This document shows, one piece after another, positions 8,995 through 16,460 of a stretch of DNA of 64,000 nucleotides (position 1 is its first letter; every line of letters starts with the position of its first letter). The stretch comes from an uncultured bacterium (GTDB lineage Bacteria; Patescibacteriota; Minisyncoccia; Moranbacterales; UBA2206): assembly GCA_903841185.1 (NCBI GenBank), contig CAIMIV010000003.1, positions 773 to 64,772 on the forward strand. The letters are read 5' to 3'. The notes under the pieces were generated by a model. That model did not search any database and had not been told where the DNA came from. It was given only the letters and a program-made list of their open reading frames with translations. The translations under genes were made by a program, and so were the position numbers.

Positions 8995-10173
8995 TTATAA
9001 GTATTTCTTATTATTGAGTTCGTCTGGCAGATAGGCTTGGTCTGCGCTATTTTCAATAGGCGTATATTTATAGCCCTTGCCATAGTCCAAAGCTTTCATC
9101 AGCTTGGTGGGGGCATTGCGCAAATGGAGAGGCACCGGCAAATTGCCGAATTTTTCCACATCTTGTTTAGCTTTGTTATAGACGCTGTAGGCCGTGATGT
9201 CCTTTTTGGATTTGGCCAGATAGATGACGCAGTGAGCCAGGTGGACATTGCATTCCGGGTAGCCGAGCTTGTGGCAGGCGTCAAAGGTGGCGTTGGCCAG
9301 GAGCAGGGCACTGTTATTGGCTAGACCGATGTCTTCGGAAGCGAAACGCACCAGGCGCCGCGCAATAAATAGCGGGTCCTCGCCGCCTTCCACCATCCGC
9401 GCCAGCCAATAGACAGCGGCATCCGGATTGCCGCCGCGCATGGACTTGTGGAGGGCGGAAATGATATTGTAATGTTCCTCACCGGACTTGTCATAGAGCA
9501 GATGCGATTTTTGCAACACCTCATGGATGAGTTCGGGCGTGATGGGGCGCGCTTGGTTGACGCAGGCTTCCAGGGTGTTGAGCGCCATACGCGCGTCACC
9601 ATTAGAGAGATTAGCCAGTAGCTTGATGGTGTCATCGGACAAAACTATTTTTTTGGAGGAGCTTATTTTGGAAACGGCGCGGCGGATAATTTTTTCCAAA
9701 TCAACGGCGGAAAGTTTTTGCAAAACAAAAACCCGGGTGCGGGAAACAAGCGCCGAATTGACTTCGAAACTGGGATTTTCCGTAGTGGCTCCGATGAGAA
9801 TAAGTGTCCCGTCTTCGACATAGGGCAGAAGGGCGTCTTGCTGGGCTTTGTTCCAGCGGTGGATTTCATCAATAAAAAGAATGGTTTTCAATTGCGTGAG
9901 TTGATTTTCTTTGGCTTGGGCAATAATTTCCAAAAGGATTTTTTTGCCGGAGGAGACGGCGCTGATTTTGAGGAAGGCCGAATGGGTGGTGCGAGCAATG
10001 ATATGAGCGAGAGTGGTTTTGCCGGAACCTGGCGGCCCCCACAAAATCATAGATGGCAACTGATCTTCTTGGATAGCGCGAAAAAGATAGGAATTTTTTC
10101 CAACTATTTTTTCTTGGCCAAAAAAATCGCTCAGATTTTCGGGGCGGATAAGTTCGGGGAGAGGTGTTGACAT
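8995..10173 (-). CDS. rarA: Replication-associated recombination protein A (RarA/MgsA AAA+ ATPase)
   Basis: WGPPGSGKTT, FIDEIHRWNKAQQD, GATTENPSF, ISALHKSMRG, ASEDIG, VPLHLRNAP. Confidence 0.95.
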   Translation of the reverse strand: MSTPLPELIRPENLSDFFGQEKIVGKNSYLFRAIQEDQLPSMILWGPPGSGKTTLAHIIARTTHSAFLKISAVSSGKKILLEIIAQAKENQLTQLKTILFIDEIHRWNKAQQDALLPYVEDGTLILIGATTENPSFEVNSALVSRTRVFVLQKLSAVDLEKIIRRAVSKISSSKKIVLSDDTIKLLANLSNGDARMALNTLEACVNQARPITPELIHEVLQKSHLLYDKSGEEHYNIISALHKSMRGGNPDAAVYWLARMVEGGEDPLFIARRLVRFASEDIGLANNSALLLANATFDACHKLGYPECNVHLAHCVIYLAKSKKDITAYSVYNKAKQDVEKFGNLPVPLHLRNAPTKLMKALDYGKGYKYTPIENSADQAYLPDELNNKKYL

Positions 10174-10288
10174 AAAGTTGGAAAATATTAGATATGCTGA
10201 TAGTATATCACTGAAATAAGATTTATGGCAAATGCCGATTTGTGTGATACAATAGGATTAAATAAATGCAAAAGTATAAGATACTAAA

Positions 10289-10951
10289 ATGGCTTCACAA
10301 ATTGCACATATTGTTTATGCCAAAAAATTTTTGGATAAGCTGGAAAAGGGCGAAATGCGAGAAGATTTTTTTGACAATGAAACAACTAAAAAAATTCTAA
10401 CTCATCGAGATGAGTTTCTATTAGGCTGTGTTTTTCCCGATGTGCGATTGGTGGCGGAGAATATAGCTAGAAAAGATACACATATGTTTTTCGCGCAAGT
10501 GGATTTGGATTTTCGAGACTTGACTGTCTTTCAGGCAGGTTGGAAATTTCATGTGTATTGCGATATGAAAAGAGAGGAAATCTTGAATCGCTATAATTTC
10601 TATGGAATAACGCAGGAGATTGAAAAATCCTGGACGGCCAACAAGCTGCTAGAAGACGAGCTAGTTTATGGAGTATATAACAATTGGGAAAAGCTGAAAC
10701 ATTATTTTAATAATATCCCCCAATTGGAATTGCCGGCCGGTCTTGCGCGAGAAACGGTAGAATTTTGGTATGCGATTGTGGCTAAATATATAGAAGGACA
10801 ACCAAATAACAGAACGATGCATATTTTTATTACTAAAAGCAAGCAACTGGATGTGCAAAAGACGGATCACATTATAGAAAAAGTGGATCGGTTGCGCAAA
10901 AATCCGGTGGTGCTAGAAATTTTGAAAAAAGTGTATTTGGAAATAGTTTAA
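10289..10951 (+). CDS. Hypothetical protein, zinc-dependent phospholipase C/P1-nuclease-like fold
   Basis: N-terminal H, G.vFPD, TH, GW.FH..CD spacing typical of Zn-PLC-like proteins. Confidence 0.5.
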   Translation: MASQIAHIVYAKKFLDKLEKGEMREDFFDNETTKKILTHRDEFLLGCVFPDVRLVAENIARKDTHMFFAQVDLDFRDLTVFQAGWKFHVYCDMKREEILNRYNFYGITQEIEKSWTANKLLEDELVYGVYNNWEKLKHYFNNIPQLELPAGLARETVEFWYAIVAKYIEGQPNNRTMHIFITKSKQLDVQKTDHIIEKVDRLRKNPVVLEILKKVYLEIV

Positions 10952-10969
10952 TCTAAATAATTTAAATAT

Positions 10970-11272
10970 ATGAAAATAGTCATAAAAAATATCACCAGCA
11001 GCCCGGTGGTCATCTTGCGTAGAGCCGGCTATACTTTCCAGCGGAATGAAGGCGGGGAAATGAGCTTTGTGCGTCCTTTGGCCCGGGCGGGCTACCCGCG
11101 CTTTCATATGTATGTATTAGCGACGGGAACGGATATGGAGATTAATTTCCATTTGGATCAAAAAAAAGAAACCTATGGGACGGGGACGCGGCATCACGGG
11201 GAATATGAAAACGATGGGGCGTTGCGAGTTGAGGCGAAGCGCATCATGGAGATCTTGGCAAAAATGGGGTGA
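10970..11272 (+). CDS. Conserved hypothetical protein
   Basis: 100-aa ORF with YPRFH, HLDQK, H.GEY motifs. Confidence 0.7.
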   Translation: MKIVIKNITSSPVVILRRAGYTFQRNEGGEMSFVRPLARAGYPRFHMYVLATGTDMEINFHLDQKKETYGTGTRHHGEYENDGALRVEAKRIMEILAKMG

Positions 11273-11446
11273 TTTTCAGGGGCGCTGGCGAACCCTTGCC
11301 AAAAGAGGGAAATAGTACTACACTAGATTATGTATTTTAGAATGCCGCGGTGGTCCTCCTTCGCTAAAGCTACGGATGGACAACGGGTGTTTTTGAAAAC
11401 TAATATTGTACAATAGAAAGGGCATTACGAAATTTTAATGCAGTAT

Positions 11447-11530
11447 GCCGCGGTGGTGAAATTGGTATACACGCCAGTCTTAGGAACTGGTAGGCTTACC
11501 CCTGTGGGAGTTCGAGTCTCCCCCGCGGCA
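11447..11530 (+). tRNA. tRNA-Leu(TAG)
   Basis: GCCGCGG/CCGCGGC acceptor; CCAGT-CT TAG GA-ACTGG; long variable arm; GTTCGAGTC. Confidence 0.95.
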
Positions 11531-11608
11531 CTTCGATTCATTCGCTGAAAGCGAATTCACTCAGTGTAAACACATTTAATGTTCAATGCTGAGGTATAGT
11601 ATAATAAT

Positions 11609-12556
11609 ATGCAAAAAATAGTAATCGATGAAGACGGCGCTGGTGAGCGTATTGATAAATTCCTGAAAGAGGGATTTTTTTTAAGTGAGGAGATCACCCG
11701 CGGGGATATCATCCGCAGTATTCGGGAAGGGGCGATTATGGTGAATGAAAAAGCTATTAAACCTAGCTATATCTTAAAAGAAGGAGATGTGGTTGTGATT
11801 GACATCATCAAAGAAAAAGAAGAATTGATTCCCAACACCAAAATCCAACTAACGCTTGTGTATCAAAATGAAGATTTTCTGATTATCAATAAGCAGGCTG
11901 GCTTGCAAGTGCATCCCAGTGACAGTGAAAAAGAGGCGACATTGGTAAATGCATTGATTGTGGCCTTCCCGGAGATCAAGAATATTAATGATGGCTCGCA
12001 AGACAGCTGGATGCGTCCTGGGATTGTGCATCGCTTGGACAAAGACACGAGTGGGATTATGGTAGTGGCTAGAAATAAAAAAACCTTCGATGAATTGAAG
12101 CGCCAATTTGCGGACAGGGAAATTACTAAAAATTATGTGGCTTTAGTATATGGTAATTTAGAAAACAAGACGGGGATAGTGGATCTGCCGATTGCCAGAG
12201 CGGCTAGTTTTAAGAAACAAAAAATTGCCCGCGGAAAAACCAAAGGCATCGCCAGGCAGGCCATCACGGAATATAGCGTATTGAAACGCTACGCGGAGTT
12301 TGATTTTGTGGAGGCGATCCCGAAAACTGGCCGGATGCATCAAATCCGAGTGCATTTGGCGTCGCTGGAGCATCCTATTGTGGGAGACTGGAAATATCGG
12401 CGGAAGAACATTGTTCAAGTTGACGCGGTGCGAAGGCACCTGTTGCACGCCCAAAAATTGAGTTTTACGTTGGCAGGGCAGCAATTTGATTTCATCGCCG
12501 AATTACCGGAGGATTTTAGAGGATTCCTGCAGGGGCTTGACGAAAAGCAGATATAA
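11609..12556 (+). CDS. rluD: RluD-family 23S rRNA pseudouridine synthase
   Basis: S4 domain; INKQAGL.VHP; HRLDKDTSG; TGRMHQIRVH. Confidence 0.9.
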   Translation: MQKIVIDEDGAGERIDKFLKEGFFLSEEITRGDIIRSIREGAIMVNEKAIKPSYILKEGDVVVIDIIKEKEELIPNTKIQLTLVYQNEDFLIINKQAGLQVHPSDSEKEATLVNALIVAFPEIKNINDGSQDSWMRPGIVHRLDKDTSGIMVVARNKKTFDELKRQFADREITKNYVALVYGNLENKTGIVDLPIARAASFKKQKIARGKTKGIARQAITEYSVLKRYAEFDFVEAIPKTGRMHQIRVHLASLEHPIVGDWKYRRKNIVQVDAVRRHLLHAQKLSFTLAGQQFDFIAELPEDFRGFLQGLDEKQI

Positions 12557-12655
12557 CGGTAAGATAGAAAGGCTAAAAATCTAACCATAATTCCGTAATA
12601 TTACTCAGCGAGTGAGTATGTTTTATTTTAATAAAACTTCGGGTATAATAACTAT

Positions 12656-13165
12656 ATGCAAAAGAAAGTAATCGAATTCAACAATGCACTACGAGCGAAG
12701 GAAATGCCCGAATTTAACGCTGGGGATGTGGTGAAAGTTCACAGAAAAATCAAGGAAGGTGACAAAGAAAGAGTCCAGATTTTCGAGGGCTTGATTATCG
12801 CTGTCAAAGGCGGACAAAGTTCTTCTCCAACCATTACCGTGCGAAAAGTTTCCAGCGGGGTGGGTGTGGAGTTGATTGTACCTATCTTTTCTCCAAACAT
12901 CGAAAAGATTGAAATGGTGAAGAAAGCTAAGGTCAGAAGAGCTAAACTATATTATCTACGTGGACTGACAGCGAAGAAGAGTCGTATGAAGTATAAGAAT
13001 GTTCCTGTGATCGTGCCGGGAGAAAAAACAGTCGTGGAGGAAGCAGTAGTAGAAGAAGCTGTGGTGGTAGAAGAGAAAACAGCCAAAGTAGTGGAGAAAG
13101 CTGTGATTGAAAAAAAGGCAGTCGTAAAAAAAGTGACTGAGAAAAAAGTAGCGGAGAAAAAATAA
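12656..13165 (+). CDS. rplS: 50S ribosomal protein L19 with low-complexity V/E/K/A C-terminal tail
   Basis: GDVVKVH, RVQIFEG, TVRKVSSGVGVE, VRRAKLYYLR. Confidence 0.95.
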   Translation: MQKKVIEFNNALRAKEMPEFNAGDVVKVHRKIKEGDKERVQIFEGLIIAVKGGQSSSPTITVRKVSSGVGVELIVPIFSPNIEKIEMVKKAKVRRAKLYYLRGLTAKKSRMKYKNVPVIVPGEKTVVEEAVVEEAVVVEEKTAKVVEKAVIEKKAVVKKVTEKKVAEKK

Positions 13166-13174
13166 TCCAACGAC

Positions 13175-13449
13175 GCCTTCGTGGCCCGTCTCGCCCGAGG
13201 CGTGCTCGCCGAGGCGGATGGAATGGTATATTCACCCCGCACCATTTCACATTTCGCAGTAAACTGGTATGATATGTTTAGTTGGGGGAGTATGGTGGAA
13301 TGGTATACACACATGCTTGAGGTGCATGGGTCGTAAGACCGTGAGAGTTCGAGTCTCTCTATTCCCACGAGTGGAAAATGGTGCTGGGGCAAGCATGCAA
13401 GAGGCACATGGATTGTAAGGTCGTGCGAGTTCGAGTCTCGCCGAAGGCA
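13175..13449 (+). pseudogene. Interrupted, decayed tRNA-Leu(GAG) enclosing an intact tRNA-Leu(GAG)
   Basis: 5' GCCTTCGTGG...TGGAATGGTATA and 3' CATGC-AA GAG GC-ACATG...GTTCGAGTCTCGC-CGAAGGC-A; acceptor halves pair 7/7. Confidence 0.75.
13286..13367 (+). tRNA. tRNA-Leu(GAG)
   Basis: GGGAGTA/TATTCCC acceptor; CATGC-TT GAG GT-GCATG; GTTCGAGTC. Confidence 0.93.
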
Positions 13450-13536
13450 CCCAAAGCCTGCCCGATTTTCTTGCTTTGTTATTTATTTAAAGATAGTTAT
13501 CGGCATACTAGATAATAAAGGCAGAAGATGGGGCAG

Positions 13537-13608
13537 GCCAGACTAGCTCATCGGTAGAGCGAAGGACTGAAAATCCTTGCGTACCCAGTTCAACTCTGGG
13601 GTCTGGCA
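13537..13608 (+). tRNA. tRNA-Phe(GAA)
   Basis: GCCAGAC/GTCTGGC acceptor; AAGGA-CT GAA AA-TCCTT. Confidence 0.95.
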
Positions 13609-13659
13609 CAAAGTTGTGATAGAATAGAAACAGTAGAAATAGCCAATGGCATAGATTAT

Positions 13660-13732
13660 GGGCGATTAGCTCAATGGCTAGAGCACCTCGTTTACACCGA
13701 GGGGGTTATAGGTTCGAGTCCTATATCGCCCA
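13660..13732 (+). tRNA. tRNA-Val(TAC)
   Basis: GGGCGAT/ATCGCCC acceptor; CTCG-TTTACAC-CGAG anticodon arm. Confidence 0.95.
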
Positions 13733-13840
13733 CACAATACATAAAAGCTAGTGGATAAAACTAGCTTTTATAATATTGAAGTTATCCACAAGATAATTAC
13801 GAACCAGTGTGCTATGATAAAAATGTAGTAACGCAGGTTT

Positions 13841-14503
13841 ATGAAAATAAAAGAGGAAAAAAATAAAGCATTTGATCTCCGGAGGGAGGGCAAGAGCTAC
13901 AGGCAAATAGCAGAGCTTTTGGATATAAGTAAAAGTACGTTATCTGGTTGGTTTAGGGATGTTGATTGGTCTCAAGATATCAAAAAACAGTTAATTGAAA
14001 AGTCAAAAGGGGCTAGTCGAAAAAGATTGCTTCAGCTAAATGATCTGAAAAAGAAAAGATGGAGCGAATGTTATGTAAGAGCAGAAAAAGAGGCAATTAC
14101 TGAATTTGAAAATTTAAAAAAAGACAAATTGTTTATAGCGGGCATGGCATTATATTGGGGAGAGGGAGATAAAATATGGAAGAATGGCATTATTAGAATA
14201 TCCAATACAGATGAAAAGATGTTGCGAGTGTTTAATGAATTTTTACAAAAAATTTGCAAGGTGGAGAGAGAAAAAATTAGAGCGGGAATTTTACTGTATC
14301 CAGACTTGGATTCGGAGGAGCGCTTGAAATTTTGGAGTGAAAGTATTAGAATATCTAAGGAGAGGTTTTTTAAATCGACTGTGATACAGGGAAGGCATAA
14401 AACTAAAAAAACAGGCAGCGGAGTGTGTATTGTTTCAGTAGGTGATAAATATTTGAAAAAGAAGTTATTGACTTGGCTAGATTTGTTCATTGGAGAATTT
14501 TAA
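13841..14503 (+). CDS. HTH + single-motif LAGLIDADG-like (homing endonuclease-related) protein
   Basis: N-term GKSYRQIAELLDISKSTLSGW HTH; AGMALYWGEGDK; ISNTD; stop 3 nt before tRNA-Gly. Confidence 0.65.
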   Translation: MKIKEEKNKAFDLRREGKSYRQIAELLDISKSTLSGWFRDVDWSQDIKKQLIEKSKGASRKRLLQLNDLKKKRWSECYVRAEKEAITEFENLKKDKLFIAGMALYWGEGDKIWKNGIIRISNTDEKMLRVFNEFLQKICKVEREKIRAGILLYPDLDSEERLKFWSESIRISKERFFKSTVIQGRHKTKKTGSGVCIVSVGDKYLKKKLLTWLDLFIGEF

Positions 14504-14506
14504 CAA

Positions 14507-14578
14507 GCGGGTATAGTATAATGGTTATTACATCAGGTTGCCAATCTGGATACGGGGGTTCGATTCCCCCTACCCGCT
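14507..14578 (+). tRNA. tRNA-Gly(GCC)
   Basis: GCGGGTA/TACCCGC acceptor; TCAGG-TT GCC AA-TCTGG. Confidence 0.95.
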
Positions 14579-14580
14579 CA

Positions 14581-14770
14581 AAGTTAAAAAGTTCTAGGTT
14601 TAGCCTAGAACTTTTTGATTTGCTAGCGGGATGGGGAATCGAACGGGTAGGAATGAGACAATCCCGCCCAAACGGGATTAGTCGAATGTCGATGAATGTG
14701 AATGAATGAATATTCAGCGCTACCCAGGGCAAGGATCCTCAGCGACGACGGAATTCCCCCTACCCGCTCA
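14581..14770. mobile_element. 190-bp non-coding element integrated at the tRNA-Gly 3' end
   Basis: 18-bp direct repeat ATTCCCCCTACCCGCTCA (14563-14580, 14753-14770); internal inverted tRNA 3' copy 14625-14644. Confidence 0.7.
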
Positions 14771-14882
14771 GAATCTAAAAAGCTCTCCCTCGTGGAAAGT
14801 TTTTTGTATGCTTAGAAGGCATGTTTGAGCTGGATGTGATATAATAAGACTATAAAAATAATAATAGACCCTTCTATTGTTT

Positions 14883-15476
14883 ATGAATATAATAAAAGAA
14901 GATTTTCTACGAAAAATTGGCGTCATACCAAGATATACTGAGATTAGATTATTTTTGATGTCGTTAACTTTTTTGCTGGTTTTCGCAACAAACTCAACAA
15001 TTCGAAATAAATATTTGACTGATATTGTTAATGAAGATGCGGGGCTTGTTCTCTTGGTTATTTTTCTTGGTATATGGTTATCGATTTATAACGCTTTCTC
15101 ACCTAAGAAGATTACAGAATTTTCAAAGATATTTTTATTGATTTATGCGATTGTTATTAATGTAATTATTAGTGCGGAGGCTTATAATTATATTTCAAAG
15201 AATGAGCACGGATTATATATCATTTTTCCAATTCTAAATGTTGTGAATGCCTTTGTATTATGTATGCTTTTTAAAAGGAATATAATGACTACTAATTCAA
15301 TTATTGAAAAACAAACAAAATATTCAGAGATAATAGTCGGTTCTATATTAGTTTCTGCGATTTTTTTTGTAAGTCAATATATTTTAGGTAATTATTGGGC
15401 GGTCACTTTTTCAATCTGCTTAGCCTACGCCTCTAATTTAAATGAGTTGATTAGTGATATTTTTAGCAAAAAATAA
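14883..15476 (+). CDS. Hypothetical multi-pass membrane protein (AT-rich)
   Basis: About 6 hydrophobic segments. Confidence 0.75.
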   Translation: MNIIKEDFLRKIGVIPRYTEIRLFLMSLTFLLVFATNSTIRNKYLTDIVNEDAGLVLLVIFLGIWLSIYNAFSPKKITEFSKIFLLIYAIVINVIISAEAYNYISKNEHGLYIIFPILNVVNAFVLCMLFKRNIMTTNSIIEKQTKYSEIIVGSILVSAIFFVSQYILGNYWAVTFSICLAYASNLNELISDIFSKK

Positions 15477-15544
15477 TTGGTCATGATAATGATTCAATAA
15501 AAAGTATGTTATAGTAAGTGTGTAAATAAATTAAAAATATATAA

Positions 15545-16162
15545 ATGGAAAATCAAATACAATTTACATCTCCGCAGCAAAGTGAGTCTAAATCAAATAA
15601 GAAATTATGGATTATTTTATTGATTTTAATTCCATTGATTTTTTTCATGGCTATCGGCACTAAGGTTTTTCTTGATTTGCGAGCCTCAAGAGAAAAAGCA
15701 AATCTTATTATGAATAAGCAAAAAAATATAACGCCCGAGAGTTTGCAAAGAGATCAGCAAGAATATATGAAGAATTATAACTCAACTGGTAAATCAGAGT
15801 TTTTTGATAAGTGTATAAAGGGATGTCAGTCGCCGGGAAGCAGTGGCTGTAATAATAATTGTCTCACAAGAGAGGCTGTAGAAAACAAGGATATGTCCGC
15901 ATGTTTTTTGATTGATAATTCTGGGGATGTTGATGGAAAAGATAGTGGTAAGGCGGGGTGTCAATCCAGCGTTGCCGCAGCTACGCTCGAATTAAATAAT
16001 TGTGAAAAAATAACCTATGGAAGCGACTCTATAAAAGAATATAATCGGTATGATTGCTATGAGAAAATTGCTAGGGCGAAAAAGGATGTATCAATTTGTG
16101 AAAAAATCTCGAAGAGCTATTTATTAGGAAATATGTACAAGAATTGCATAGCAATTAAATAG
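15545..16162 (+). CDS. Membrane-anchored Cys-rich surface protein
   Basis: N-term TM, repeated C...A......C units (e.g. CYEKIARAKKDVSIC). Confidence 0.75.
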   Translation: MENQIQFTSPQQSESKSNKKLWIILLILIPLIFFMAIGTKVFLDLRASREKANLIMNKQKNITPESLQRDQQEYMKNYNSTGKSEFFDKCIKGCQSPGSSGCNNNCLTREAVENKDMSACFLIDNSGDVDGKDSGKAGCQSSVAAATLELNNCEKITYGSDSIKEYNRYDCYEKIARAKKDVSICEKISKSYLLGNMYKNCIAIK

Positions 16163-16274
16163 GTTGAATTAACTACATTTTTCTTTAAGTCAAGCTTAAG
16201 CTACGGTTTCCCGCTCAAAGTTAAAAAAACAAAGCTCTTCCGAGCTTTGTTTTTTTGTTGTGTCTAAGTGTGCC

Positions 16275-16283
16275 TGTGGATAA
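16275..16283 (-). promoter_or_regulatory. DnaA box upstream of nrdA
   Basis: Perfect TGTGGATAA; other perfect boxes near 13783, 34817, 45825 and 52297. Confidence 0.5.
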
Positions 16284-16460
16284 GTTGATAATGGGCTTTA
16301 GATAAAGCATGTTGATAAGGCGGGGAAAATGAGGTATGATGGAGAAACCCTCAATTGGAGTAAAATACAAAAAATGAGGATTAATTAAAATAAATAATCT
16401 CAAAAATGCGCCTTAGTTAGGGATAAAATGACTATTGGCATTGGCGAATAAATAAAAAAT

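Noticed and set aside
13010-13165. Repetitive L19 C-terminal extension
   Set aside because: Low-complexity tails on ribosomal proteins are common in CPR.
12942-13450. Minus-strand ORFs over rplS and the tRNA-Leu region
   Set aside because: Shadows of low-complexity coding sequence and tRNAs.
13751-13791. Replication origin at DnaA boxes
   Set aside because: Boxes are isolated and scattered across intergenic regions; no cluster, dnaA or dnaN nearby.
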